Assembly: GCA_947626155.1 (NCBI GenBank)
Contig: CANQRC010000002.1
Coordinates: 1,322 to 65,321 of the forward strand
DNA from: an uncultured Clostridia bacterium
Lineage (GTDB): Bacteria > Bacillota > Clostridia > Christensenellales > UBA1242
Direction: 5' to 3'
DNA: 64,000 bases
Shown here: positions 48,651 to 57,924 of the stretch, piece after piece
Numbering within the stretch: position 1 is the first letter of the stretch
Layout: each line of letters starts with the position of its first letter
Program-made: the position numbers and the translations under genes
The notes under the pieces: generated by a model
The model's database searches: none
Told to the model about the DNA's origin: nothing
Seen by the model: the letters and a program-made list of their open reading frames with translations, nothing else

Positions 48651-49786
48651 ATGAAAAGAAAAATAAATGTTGTTCAGTATGGCGCTGGAAAAATGAGCAA
48701 ATACACAATGCGCTATGTGTTTGAAAAAGGCGCAAAAGTTGTTGGGGCTTTTGATATTGATCAAAGCAAATTCGGCAAAGACATTGGCGAAATTATTGGT
48801 GACGGAAAGAAATATAAGGTTAAAATTCAAGATGCCAAAAACTTTGAAAAATTTTTGACAGAGAATGACGTTGACATTGTTATTGTTGAAACAATGAGCC
48901 TGCTCTCTGATGTTCAAGGCGCGCTTTTAACCTGCGCAAAATGTGGAGTGAATGCCATTACAACTTGCGAGGAGGCGTTCTTCCCTCAAAACAGCAATCC
49001 AAAACTTTTTGAAAAAATAAACGAACTTGCAATTGAAAACGAATGCACAATTTGCGGAAGCGGCTATCAAGATGTTTTTTGGGGAAACCTTATCAGCGTG
49101 CTTGCTGGAGCAACCCACAAAATAACCAAAATTAGGGGCAAGTCTAGAGTTATAATGTTGAGGACTATGGCATTGCGCTTGCAAGGGTGCATGGAGCAGG
49201 GCTGAGCCCAGAGGAATTTGACAAGGAGGTTGCCTCGGCAGACAGAATTTCTGACGCCGAAAGAAAAAAGGTGATAAATGCCGGCAAATACTCGCCAAGT
49301 TATATGTGGAATGTGAACGGCTGGCTTTGCAGCAAATTGGGGCTGACGGTTAAAAGCCAAACTCAAAAATGCGTGCCACAAATTGCAAAGAAAGCCATCA
49401 AAAGCACCACTCTTGGCATGACAATTCCAAAGGGTGCTTGCACGGGCATGAGCGCAGTTGTCACAACCACAACCAAAGAGGGTATTGTGCTTGAAACCGA
49501 GTGCATAGGAAAGGTTTATGACAACACCGAATTTGACTGCAACGACTGGACAATTGAGGGCGAGCCAAACACCAGAGTTGTGATTGAAAGACCAGCAACG
49601 GTGGAACTTACCTGCGCAACAATTGTAAACAGAATTCCAGAAGTTCTCACTTCGCCATATGGCTACTTCACAACCGAATATATGCCAGAGAACACTTTCA
49701 AGTCTATGAGCCTTGAAAAGTATGTTTTGACGGACGAGGAGATTGAGGAGCATTGCTGTGGCGAGCATTGCGACTGCCATAAATAA
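48651..49786 (+). pseudogene. frameshifted NAD(P)-binding dehydrogenase (DapB / amine-dehydrogenase-like)
   Basis: Two ORFs (48651-49205 and 49187-49786) read as one protein if 1 nt is restored near 49146-49148: '...ITKIRGKS' then 'SYNVEDYGIALARVHGAGLS...'. The N-terminus 'INVVQYGAGKMSKY' looks like a Rossmann fold. The C-terminus ends 'EEHCCGEHCDCHK'. Confidence 0.6.
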
Positions 49787-49795
49787 GGAGGAAAA

Positions 49796-50452
49796 ATGAA
49801 AAAAGGTTTGTTGGTCTCTTTTGAGGGCGGCGAGGCGTGCGGCAAAAGCACCCAAATAAAACTTTTTGAGCAATATTTACAAAAGAACAAAATTGACTAC
49901 ATACTCACGCGCGAGCCGGGCGGAACAGAACTTGGCGAAAAGATAAGGGCTCTTCTTCTTGACAACAAACAGGACATGAGCGCCAACACAGAGTTTTTGC
50001 TTTTCTCGGCAAGCCGAAGCAAACTTATTGAAAGCGTGGTTAAGCCTGCGCTAAAACAAGGCAAAGTTGTTGTCATGGACAGGTTCTATGATTCCTCTTT
50101 TGCTTATCAGGGTTATGCAGGGAATTTGAACTTGAAAGACATTGACACAATAACAAAGTTTGCTATTGGCGAGGGCGCAACGCCTGACATCACTTTCCTG
50201 CTTGACATAAGTTATGAGGACGGCATGGAAAGAAAGAGCAAGGATGAAAACTTAAGAAATCTTGACCGCTTTGAAACAAAAGGCAAGGCTTATCATGACA
50301 AAGTTAGAAAGGGCTATTTGGAAAGGGCAAAAGCAGAGCCAAAAAGGTTTAGAATAATTGACGCAAAACAGACCAAAGAAAAAGTCTCCGAAAATATTGT
50401 GGAAGAATTTGAAAAAATATATAAAGATAATTTATTATCCAAAGAGAAATAA
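49796..50452 (+). CDS. tmk: thymidylate kinase
   Basis: 'LLVSFEGGEACGKSTQ', 'TREPGGT' and 'DRFYDSSFAYQG'. RBS 'aaggagg'. Confidence 0.92.
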   Translation: MKKGLLVSFEGGEACGKSTQIKLFEQYLQKNKIDYILTREPGGTELGEKIRALLLDNKQDMSANTEFLLFSASRSKLIESVVKPALKQGKVVVMDRFYDSSFAYQGYAGNLNLKDIDTITKFAIGEGATPDITFLLDISYEDGMERKSKDENLRNLDRFETKGKAYHDKVRKGYLERAKAEPKRFRIIDAKQTKEKVSENIVEEFEKIYKDNLLSKEK

Positions 50453-50480
50453 AAAATCACAAAAAATATTAAAAATATCA

Positions 50481-50507
50481 AAAAAACACCATTTTTTGGT
50501 GTTTTTT
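50481..50507. terminator. bidirectional AT-flanked terminator between tmk and the YhhN gene
   Basis: aaaaaaCACCA-ttttt-TGGTGttttttt. Confidence 0.65.
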
Positions 50508-50565
50508 TCTTATTTTTTTGTATTTTTTATAATATTTTTAATTTTTTTATTTATTAAATTATTTT

Positions 50566-51267
50566 TTAAATTGCCAAATACAAAATTTGAGTTGCAATCA
50601 AAACTTGCGCCGCGTAGTATAAAAAGTGATTTACATAAATCCAAACTTTTTGTGAGAACGAGCCAAAATATTGCATTGATAGCACTAGGTCGGAGAGCAA
50701 GAATGCAATCATTCCTGCGGCGAAAATCCAAAACATTGGAACGAAAATTGCAATTGAAATTGAGAACGCCATCATGAAAGAGAGAATGAGGCTATAGCCG
50801 GCGCAGAGCCAAATATGTTTTCCAAAGTTCAGCCCCAACTTTTTGTGAGGGAGCATAATTGCAAGCGTGAACAAAATTGCAAATCCAGCCGAGCCAAGAA
50901 TGTTCCACAGCAAATTGTTTGGCAGCACATCTATGTTGTAAAGCAAAACTGCAACAAAGCAGAAGATGTGTCCGACCGCGAAGAAAGAAGCTCCTGCAAT
51001 AAAATACTGATTTTCCTCTTCTTTATATGCCACTTTCAAATTCAGCAGAATGTCGCCAATCAGCCCAAGCACAAGCCCAACTATTATAAACAAGTTAACG
51101 TTGGAAGAGCCAACGGTGAAAATTCCAAAGATGCCGCAAAGCACAAAACAAACTGAGGCAATTGTTTTTAGGCACAGGCTGAACACCGTTGGGCGCTTTG
51201 CCCTAAAAAAGCAGAAAAGCATTGCAAAAAGGACGCTGAAAATCCCCAAAAATATTACACTTAACAT
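50566..51267 (-). CDS. YhhN-family (lysoplasmalogenase-like) integral membrane protein
   Basis: About eight hydrophobic segments, with the paired motifs 'LGLIGDILLN' and 'FLLSDLVLSMQYF' characteristic of YhhN/TMEM86. RBS 'aggagg'. Confidence 0.7.
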   Translation of the reverse strand: MLSVIFLGIFSVLFAMLFCFFRAKRPTVFSLCLKTIASVCFVLCGIFGIFTVGSSNVNLFIIVGLVLGLIGDILLNLKVAYKEEENQYFIAGASFFAVGHIFCFVAVLLYNIDVLPNNLLWNILGSAGFAILFTLAIMLPHKKLGLNFGKHIWLCAGYSLILSFMMAFSISIAIFVPMFWIFAAGMIAFLLSDLVLSMQYFGSFSQKVWIYVNHFLYYAAQVLIATQILYLAI

Positions 51268-51276
51268 ATTTTCCTC

Positions 51277-52452
51277 CTATGAATTAAAGAAATTTAGCAC
51301 ATCTTCATACACTTCTTCTTTGTTTGTTTCGTTTAAAAGTTCGTGCCTTGCGCCGTCATAGACCTTGAATTTAGCGTCGATGTTGTGCTTCAAATAAAGG
51401 TTGTAAAGTTTTCGCACTTGCTTAGATTTTTGCCCGACTGGGTCTTCGCTTCCAACAATCAAAAACAGTTTTTTATTTCCAATTTTGTCAATTCCATCAT
51501 TCGCCTTGCCCATATTTATCATCAAACTTTTGTAGAAGCCAAAAGGGAAGCTTCCGCCGCAATACTCGTCTTGGTTGTAGGCGTCAAAAACCGCCTCATC
51601 TCGCGTCAGCCAATTTCCTCTATCAAAGCCTTTTTCAAAAGACTTCATCACAATTTTTTCAATCATTCCGCCCTCACCTTCAGGGTCTCTAAAAGGCGAA
51701 AGGGTGTGCGCAAGCAGATTTCCCATTCTCATGTTCAAAGCATTTCCATTTGTTGTGCCGCAAATAACACATTTTTCCACAACATTTGTCAGTTGCATAA
51801 GCACTTGGCTTATCATAGAGCCATAAGAATGCCCGAAAACATAGATTGGAAGTTTGTATTTTTCACTTGCAAAGTTTATTACATTAAGTTCGTCCTTCAA
51901 AGTCTCTTGAAAAATGTCTTCTTCGCCAAAGCCAAGCCTGTCTTTGCTTGGGGCGGTGTGGCCGTGACCACGCAAATCATTTGCAATGACAATATAGCCG
52001 TTCTTGTTTAAAAACTCCGCAAAATTTTTATATCTCAGCGCGTGTTCCATCATGCCGTGAACAATCACAACAACTGCCTTTGGCGAGGCAACATTGTCAT
52101 AGATATATGTGTTCAAAGCAAGCCCGTTGAAGCCCACAATTTTTTGTGGAACAACTTCTTTTTGCCCAACTCTTTTGGTTTTTTCCGCATTTTTTGCGGT
52201 TTTTTCGCGTTTTTGAGGCGTTTTTTGTGCATTTTTTGTTGTTTTTACATTTTTTGTGTCTTTTTTCGTGGCAGCTTTTGTCTCAACTTTTTGCTCTTTC
52301 ACAGTTTTCTTTGCCGCAGGCTTTACAGTTTGCTTAACCTCTTTTTTCGCCGCCGCTTTTGCCGGCTTTGTTTTTGCCACGGTTTTTGTTTCTTTTGTTT
52401 GTTTTGTTGTTTTAGTTGTCTTTGCTGACTTTGTTTTGTTTTCTTCTTTCAT
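51277..52452 (-). CDS. alpha/beta hydrolase (lysophospholipase / monoacylglycerol-lipase-like) with a Lys/Thr-rich N-terminal extension of about 100 aa
   Basis: 'VVIVHGMMEHALRY..NDLRGHGHT', nucleophile elbow 'GHSYGS', and 'GSEDPV..H'. The first 100 aa or so are KTK/KKA low complexity. Confidence 0.8.
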   Translation of the reverse strand: MKEENKTKSAKTTKTTKQTKETKTVAKTKPAKAAAKKEVKQTVKPAAKKTVKEQKVETKAATKKDTKNVKTTKNAQKTPQKREKTAKNAEKTKRVGQKEVVPQKIVGFNGLALNTYIYDNVASPKAVVVIVHGMMEHALRYKNFAEFLNKNGYIVIANDLRGHGHTAPSKDRLGFGEEDIFQETLKDELNVINFASEKYKLPIYVFGHSYGSMISQVLMQLTNVVEKCVICGTTNGNALNMRMGNLLAHTLSPFRDPEGEGGMIEKIVMKSFEKGFDRGNWLTRDEAVFDAYNQDEYCGGSFPFGFYKSLMINMGKANDGIDKIGNKKLFLIVGSEDPVGQKSKQVRKLYNLYLKHNIDAKFKVYDGARHELLNETNKEEVYEDVLNFFNS

Positions 52453-52460
52453 AATCCCTC

Positions 52461-53915
52461 CTAAATCTTCTTCAAGGCTTTTTTCCAGCCTTTTATATTT
52501 CGTTTCCTATCTTCTTCGTTCATATTTGGCATATATTTATTTTTTCCAAGTGAAACTTCTTTAATCTGCTCCTCGGTGGCCTCTTTCAAAGCCATAACCG
52601 AAAGATAGATTGCACCCAAAATTGTTGCATCCGAATTTTTGCTTTTGACAATTTCGTGATTTAAAATGTCTGCCAAAAATTGGAGCAAAAACTCGTTTTG
52701 GCTTCCGCCGCCGTCCACGCTCAAAAATTTTGGCACAAGCCCGGCGCGTTTGATTTCGTCCAAAATGTCTTTTGTATTGTATGCCATGCTTTCCAAACAA
52801 GCCCGAACAATGTGCGCCTTTTTTGTGTCAAAGGTCATTCCAACAATCATGCCGCGCGCGTCGTCTTTCCAATATGGCGCGCCAAGCCCAGTGAACGCCG
52901 GCACAAAATAAACATTTTCGTTTGACGGCAAACTCAAAGCCATTTTGCTTGTTTTTGAGACGTCGTCAAAAAGTGAGAGGTTGTCCTGCAAAAAGTTTAT
53001 TGCGCTGCACGCGCTGTAAATGCTGCCCTCAATTGCATATTCCGTCTTTCCGCCAATTGTGTGGGCGACGGTTGTAATCAAGTTGTCAAGGCGCTTATTT
53101 GGATTGTTTCCAATGTTCATAAGCACAAATCCGCCCGTTCCAAAAGTGACTTTGCACTCATTTTTGCCCAGCACCGACTGCCCAAGCATACTTGATTGTT
53201 GGTCGCCAATGACTGCGCGCAGATGTGCGCCCAAAAGCGACTTAACTTCCCCAAAATCAGCATCACACGGCATGATTTTTGGAAGTGTTTGCCTTGGAAT
53301 TTTGAAAATTTTTAGAAGTTCGTCATCCCAATCCAAAGTTTTCAGGTTCATAAGCATGGTTCGGCTTGCGTTTGTTGTGTCTGTGAGGTGTTTGTCGGTC
53401 AGCCTGAAAATAAGATAACTGTCAATTGTGCCAAAGCAGAGGCGGTTTTTCTTCAAAAGTTTGTTTGCCTCTTTCACATTTTCCAAAATCCACTTAAATT
53501 TGCTTGCGCTAAAATATGGATTTGGAATAAGCCCTGTCAACTCTTTAATTCTTTCCTTTCGCTTTTGGGAGAGAGATTTAATATAATTTGTTGTTCTTCG
53601 GCACTGCCAAACAATTGCGTTGCAAAGCGGCTTTCCCGTTTCCTTGTCCCATGCCACAACTGTTTCGCGCTGATTTGTCAAAGAGATTGCCAAAAGTTCT
53701 TCTTTTTGAACCTCATTTCTTTTTAAAAGCGCCTTGCACGCCGCCAAAATTTTTCTGAAAATTTCATCAGCGTCCTGCTCAACCCACGCCTCGTGAGGGA
53801 AAAATCTTTTAAACGAACGCTTTTCACTGTCAATGACCTGCATTTTTTCAACGTCAAAAAGCGCCGCCTTCAAATTTGTTGTGCCTTCGTCAAGCCCTAA
53901 AACAAATTTCCTCAT
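52461..53915 (-). CDS. glpK: glycerol kinase (FGGY family)
   Basis: 'LGLDEGTTNLKAALFD', 'WVEQDADEI', 'ISLTNQRETVVAWDKETGKPLCNAIVWQCRRT', 'GDQQSSMLGQ' and 'VDGGGSQN'. Confidence 0.88.
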   Translation of the reverse strand: MRKFVLGLDEGTTNLKAALFDVEKMQVIDSEKRSFKRFFPHEAWVEQDADEIFRKILAACKALLKRNEVQKEELLAISLTNQRETVVAWDKETGKPLCNAIVWQCRRTTNYIKSLSQKRKERIKELTGLIPNPYFSASKFKWILENVKEANKLLKKNRLCFGTIDSYLIFRLTDKHLTDTTNASRTMLMNLKTLDWDDELLKIFKIPRQTLPKIMPCDADFGEVKSLLGAHLRAVIGDQQSSMLGQSVLGKNECKVTFGTGGFVLMNIGNNPNKRLDNLITTVAHTIGGKTEYAIEGSIYSACSAINFLQDNLSLFDDVSKTSKMALSLPSNENVYFVPAFTGLGAPYWKDDARGMIVGMTFDTKKAHIVRACLESMAYNTKDILDEIKRAGLVPKFLSVDGGGSQNEFLLQFLADILNHEIVKSKNSDATILGAIYLSVMALKEATEEQIKEVSLGKNKYMPNMNEEDRKRNIKGWKKALKKI

Positions 53916-53964
53916 TTTTCCTCCTTAATTTAAAATTATTTTAACACAACAATTTTTTTATTAA

Positions 53965-54022
53965 AAACAAATTGAGAAAGAATTTGTTTTATTTGACAAA
54001 AAATATGCCAAAAGTTTAAAAT
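53965..54022 (+). promoter_or_regulatory. promoter of the G3P-dehydrogenase operon with an adjacent inverted repeat
   Basis: aaacaaatt-N7-aatttgttt (53965-53989) lies directly upstream of TTGACA (53993-53998), followed by an 18-nt spacer and TAAAAT (54017-54022). Confidence 0.5.
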
Positions 54023-54038
54023 AATCAAAAGGAAGATT

Positions 54039-55457
54039 ATGAAAGAAAAAATTTATGACTGTTTGATTATTGGCGGCGGAGTTGTTGGCTGCGCCATTTT
54101 AAACAAACTGACGCGCCTTGGCAAGAAGGCTGCGCTGCTTGACAAGGCAAGCGATGTTGCAACGGGCGCAAGCAAGGCAAATAGCGGCATTGTGCACGCA
54201 GGATATGACCCACTTCCAAACACGCTGAAAGCCAAAATAAACGTCAGGGGCAGCAAACTTTTTCCGTCTCTTTGCAAAAGGCTGAATGTGCCATTTAAAA
54301 AGTGCGGCGCGCTTGTGCTTGGCGACGACAAAGAGATGGTTGAAAGGCTTTATGAGCGCGGCAAACAAAACGGCGTGAGGGTGGAGATTTTAAATCAACA
54401 GCAAATCTTGGAGAAAGAGCCAAACGTGAACAAGGCGGTGACGGTTGGGCTTTTTGCGCCAACTTCGGCAATAGTCAGCCCATATCTTTTGACCATTGCC
54501 CTTGCCGACGAGGCAATCATAAATGGGGGCGAAGTTTTTTTGGAGGAAGATTTGGTTTCTTGCCAAAAAAACGGCGAAATTTTTGAAATTTTGACGAAAA
54601 AACGCGCATTTTTTGCAAAAAACATAATAAATTGTGCTGGAAGCGGCTATAACGACGTTGCAAAAATCCTTAAAACAGAGCGCAAAAAATTGGAGTTTCG
54701 CCGCGGAGAGTATTTTGTTTTTGACAAAAGTTATGACCTAAAAGCCAAACACACACTCTTCCCTCTTCCAACAAAAATTGGAAAAGGGGTGCTTGTCACG
54801 CCAACTGTGGATGGGAATTTTCTTGTTGGTCCAACCAGCGAAGAGAACAACGGCACAAAGGAAACAACCTATCAGGGGCTTAACAGCATCAAGCAAAAAT
54901 CTGCTCTGCTTTTTGACGGCATAAACTTCCGCCACGCCATAAGAGAGTTTGCCGGCGTGAGGGTTATTTGCGGCGACGACTTTGTTATTGAGAAGTCAAA
55001 AAAGGTCAGCGGCGTGATAAACATTGCCGGGATTTGCTCGCCGGGGCTTACAAGCAGCCCTGCCATTGCCGAAATGGTGGCGTCGCTTCTTGGCTATAAA
55101 GATGAGGAAAAGAAAAACCTTAAAACTCTTCCAAAATACACGCTTTTCAAAAATATGGACAAAAAAAGCCAAATCGCGCTTGCAAAATCCGACGAAAATT
55201 ACAGGCAAATTGTGTGCAAGTGCGAAAACATAACAAAAGGGGACATCCTTATGGCGCTCTCTCGGCCGCTTAAAGTTCGTTCGGTTGACGGCGTCAAGAG
55301 GAGAACGAACGCCGGCATGGGAAGATGTCAAGGCGGATTTTGTTTCACAAAAGTTGTGACTGCCATTATGGACTCGCGAAAAATTGAATATGAAGATGTG
55401 TTAAAAGAAAATCGCGGAAGCAATGTTGCAATTGGCGACATAAGAGGTGAAAAATGA
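54039..55457 (+). CDS. FAD-dependent glycerol-3-phosphate dehydrogenase/oxidase-like oxidoreductase with a BFD-like [2Fe-2S] domain
   Basis: 'YDCLIIGGGVVGCAI' is a dinucleotide fold. The C-terminal 'CKCENITKGDI...GRCQGGFC' is the Cys pattern of a BFD-like domain. Confidence 0.8.
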   Translation: MKEKIYDCLIIGGGVVGCAILNKLTRLGKKAALLDKASDVATGASKANSGIVHAGYDPLPNTLKAKINVRGSKLFPSLCKRLNVPFKKCGALVLGDDKEMVERLYERGKQNGVRVEILNQQQILEKEPNVNKAVTVGLFAPTSAIVSPYLLTIALADEAIINGGEVFLEEDLVSCQKNGEIFEILTKKRAFFAKNIINCAGSGYNDVAKILKTERKKLEFRRGEYFVFDKSYDLKAKHTLFPLPTKIGKGVLVTPTVDGNFLVGPTSEENNGTKETTYQGLNSIKQKSALLFDGINFRHAIREFAGVRVICGDDFVIEKSKKVSGVINIAGICSPGLTSSPAIAEMVASLLGYKDEEKKNLKTLPKYTLFKNMDKKSQIALAKSDENYRQIVCKCENITKGDILMALSRPLKVRSVDGVKRRTNAGMGRCQGGFCFTKVVTAIMDSRKIEYEDVLKENRGSNVAIGDIRGEK

Positions 55458-56674
55458 ACACTGATGTTTTGATTATTGGCGGCGGCCCTGCCGGAATGAG
55501 CGCGGCGCTTTCCGCTTCAAAAAACGGCAGCAAAGTCATCTTGGTGGAGCGTGACGGCACGCTTGGCGGAATTTTAAATCAGTGCATTCACAACGGCTTT
55601 GGGCTTCACCTTTTTCACGAGGAACTCACAGGCCCAGAATTTGCGCACAGGCTTAGGCTTGAAGTTGAGGCGGACAAAAATATAAAAGTGCTTTTAAACA
55701 CCCTCGTCACAAAAATTGAAGAGGGAAAAGTGGATGTGATGGGAAGCGTTGGCGTTGAAACAATCAGGGCAAAAGCGGTTGTGCTTGCCATGGGCTGCCG
55801 CGAGAGAACCGCGGGAAACATCAGCCTTTGCGGAACGCGCCCAATGGGCATTTTGACCGCCGGCACAGTTCAAAAGATGATAAACATAGACGGAAAAATG
55901 GTTGGAAAAGACGTCGTGATTTTGGGCAGCGGCGACATTGGGCTTATCATGGCAAGAAGGTTGACGCTTGAAGGGGCAAAGGTTCATGCTGTGCTTGAAA
56001 TCAACAAAACGTCAAGCGGCCTCAGGCGAAACATTATGCAGTGCCTTGAAGATTTCAACATTCCACTTCTTTATCAGACCACCATTTTTGAAGTGGTTGG
56101 AACTGACCGCGTGGAGGGCGTTTTTTATGGCCAAGTTGACGAAAATTTTGCGCCAATTGAAAGCACGAAAAAGTTTTTAAAGTGCGACACAATTGTGCTT
56201 TCTGTGGGGCTTATTCCAGAGATGAACCTTGCAAATTTTGTGACAACTTCGCGCGTGACAAACGGGGCAATTGTAAATGAATTTTATCAAACTGACAAAC
56301 CTTGGCTTTTCTCTTGCGGAAACATATTGCACGTGCATGACCTTGTGGACAATGTTGCGCTTGAAGCCGAACTTGCTGGCAAATTTGCAAGCGAATATGC
56401 CAAAAACGCCTTGCCGGCGCACGGCAGAGAGGTTGAAATTCTTCCAAGTGAGGATTTTTCATATGTTTTGCCAAGCAGAATTTTTGAGGGAAGCGGAAAG
56501 GTGAATTTGAAGTTTAGGCTAAAAAGAAAAGTTGTAAAACAAACAATAGTTGCCAAGTGTAAAGACGTGATTTTGGGAAAAATGTTTGTTTATGCGGGCG
56601 TTCCGGGGCAGATGTGCAATTTTGAAATTGACAAAAGCGGCGCAACGGGAAAAATCACCCTGACAATTGAGTAG
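55454..56674 (+). CDS. NAD(P)/FAD-dependent pyridine-nucleotide oxidoreductase, second subunit of the glp cluster
   Basis: 'DVLIIGGGPAGMSAA' plus a second 'VVILGSGDIGL' fold. The start overlaps the upstream stop (ATGA). Confidence 0.8.
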   Translation: MNTDVLIIGGGPAGMSAALSASKNGSKVILVERDGTLGGILNQCIHNGFGLHLFHEELTGPEFAHRLRLEVEADKNIKVLLNTLVTKIEEGKVDVMGSVGVETIRAKAVVLAMGCRERTAGNISLCGTRPMGILTAGTVQKMINIDGKMVGKDVVILGSGDIGLIMARRLTLEGAKVHAVLEINKTSSGLRRNIMQCLEDFNIPLLYQTTIFEVVGTDRVEGVFYGQVDENFAPIESTKKFLKCDTIVLSVGLIPEMNLANFVTTSRVTNGAIVNEFYQTDKPWLFSCGNILHVHDLVDNVALEAELAGKFASEYAKNALPAHGREVEILPSEDFSYVLPSRIFEGSGKVNLKFRLKRKVVKQTIVAKCKDVILGKMFVYAGVPGQMCNFEIDKSGATGKITLTIE

Positions 56675-56683
56675 GAGGCAAAA

Positions 56684-57019
56684 ATGGAAAGGAAAATGAT
56701 TTGCATAATGTGCCCAATGGGCTGCGAACTGATCGTCACAAAAATTGGCGACAAGATTTCGGTGACGGGGAACAGTTGCAACCGCGGCGTGACTTTTGCG
56801 CAGGAAGAGCTGACCGCGCCAAAGCGAATTGTGACCACATCAGTTAAAACCTCCAAGGGCGTTCGCTCTTGCAAGACCACAAAGCCCATTCCAAAGGAGC
56901 TTATGTTTGATTGCGTGAAAGAAATAGAAAAACTCCGCCTGAAAGATGCGAAGTTTGGGCAAGTTATAATAAAAAATGTGTTAAACACCGGCGCGGATGT
57001 TGTTGTGACGGCAAACTGA
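56684..57019 (+). CDS. DUF1667-like small Cys-rich protein, third member of the glp cluster
   Basis: 'MICIMCPMGCEL..VTGNSCNRG'. This is the conserved gene order seen in Firmicutes and Thermotoga glycerol clusters. Confidence 0.7.
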   Translation: MERKMICIMCPMGCELIVTKIGDKISVTGNSCNRGVTFAQEELTAPKRIVTTSVKTSKGVRSCKTTKPIPKELMFDCVKEIEKLRLKDAKFGQVIIKNVLNTGADVVVTAN

Positions 57020-57061
57020 TTGATCTGCCAATTCAAAATCCTAACAATAGCCGCAAACCAA

Positions 57062-57832
57062 TCAAAGCGGCGACTTCAAAACGCCCATAATAATGGAGAA
57101 AGAATCATCTTTCTTCTTTTTTAATTTGTCATACACCACAAACGGGGTGATTGTGATAAAGGCAATCACAAGCAGCAAAACCGCATAAGTTAGCAGGTGA
57201 CTTTGCCCAGGGAAGAGGTTGAACGGCAAGCCGTTTTTCATAAGATACAAAAAGTTTGCGTCTTCCACAAGCAAGTTTCCAATCATTGACCAGCCTGCAA
57301 TCCAAAATATAAACATCACGGGCTGCCAAAAGTCTTTGACCCTCACTTTGAAGTAGCCGGTTGAGATGCACGCAACCACAACGGTTGGCATAACAAAGTG
57401 CAAAAGCAAACTTTCATAGTGCAAAAATGAAAGGGTGGAAAGATAATAATAGTCGCCAAAGAGGAAAGTGAGAATTCCGCCAAAAAAGGTGACCACAAGC
57501 ACCGCCAAAAAGAACTTTTTTGTTTTTGTAAGATAGAAAAGAGGAAAAACAAAACTCATAAGGTGGCAGAGATGCCAAGGCAAAACCTCCACAAGGGACT
57601 GCTTTCCGCTGAAATACAAAAGCCCCATTCTAAAAAGCCTGGAAATAATCATCACCCAACACAAAACGGTGGTGAGTTTCAGCGCAAAGGCGCGGTGTTT
57701 TCTTGCAATGAACCAAAACGCCACAAGCCACGCGGCAAGAAGCACAATCAGGCTTATGTGCAGCGGACACCAAAGCCCCGGCCCAACGCCCATGACCTCT
57801 TTGTTTTCAATTAGCCAATCATAAAAAGTCAT
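57062..57832 (-). CDS. YwaF/TIGR02206-like integral membrane protein
   Basis: Multi-pass membrane protein with the 'LPWHLCHL' motif. I chose the ATG at 57832, which follows 'gggagtaaaa'. Confidence 0.55.
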   Translation of the reverse strand: MTFYDWLIENKEVMGVGPGLWCPLHISLIVLLAAWLVAFWFIARKHRAFALKLTTVLCWVMIISRLFRMGLLYFSGKQSLVEVLPWHLCHLMSFVFPLFYLTKTKKFFLAVLVVTFFGGILTFLFGDYYYLSTLSFLHYESLLLHFVMPTVVVACISTGYFKVRVKDFWQPVMFIFWIAGWSMIGNLLVEDANFLYLMKNGLPFNLFPGQSHLLTYAVLLLVIAFITITPFVVYDKLKKKKDDSFSIIMGVLKSPL

Positions 57833-57924
57833 TTTTACTCCCAAAAGCATTATACAAAAAGTGCCTCAATTTTACAACCAAATTTAAAACAAAAAAAGAA
57901 CGCTTTCGCGCCCTTAAACTTTTC

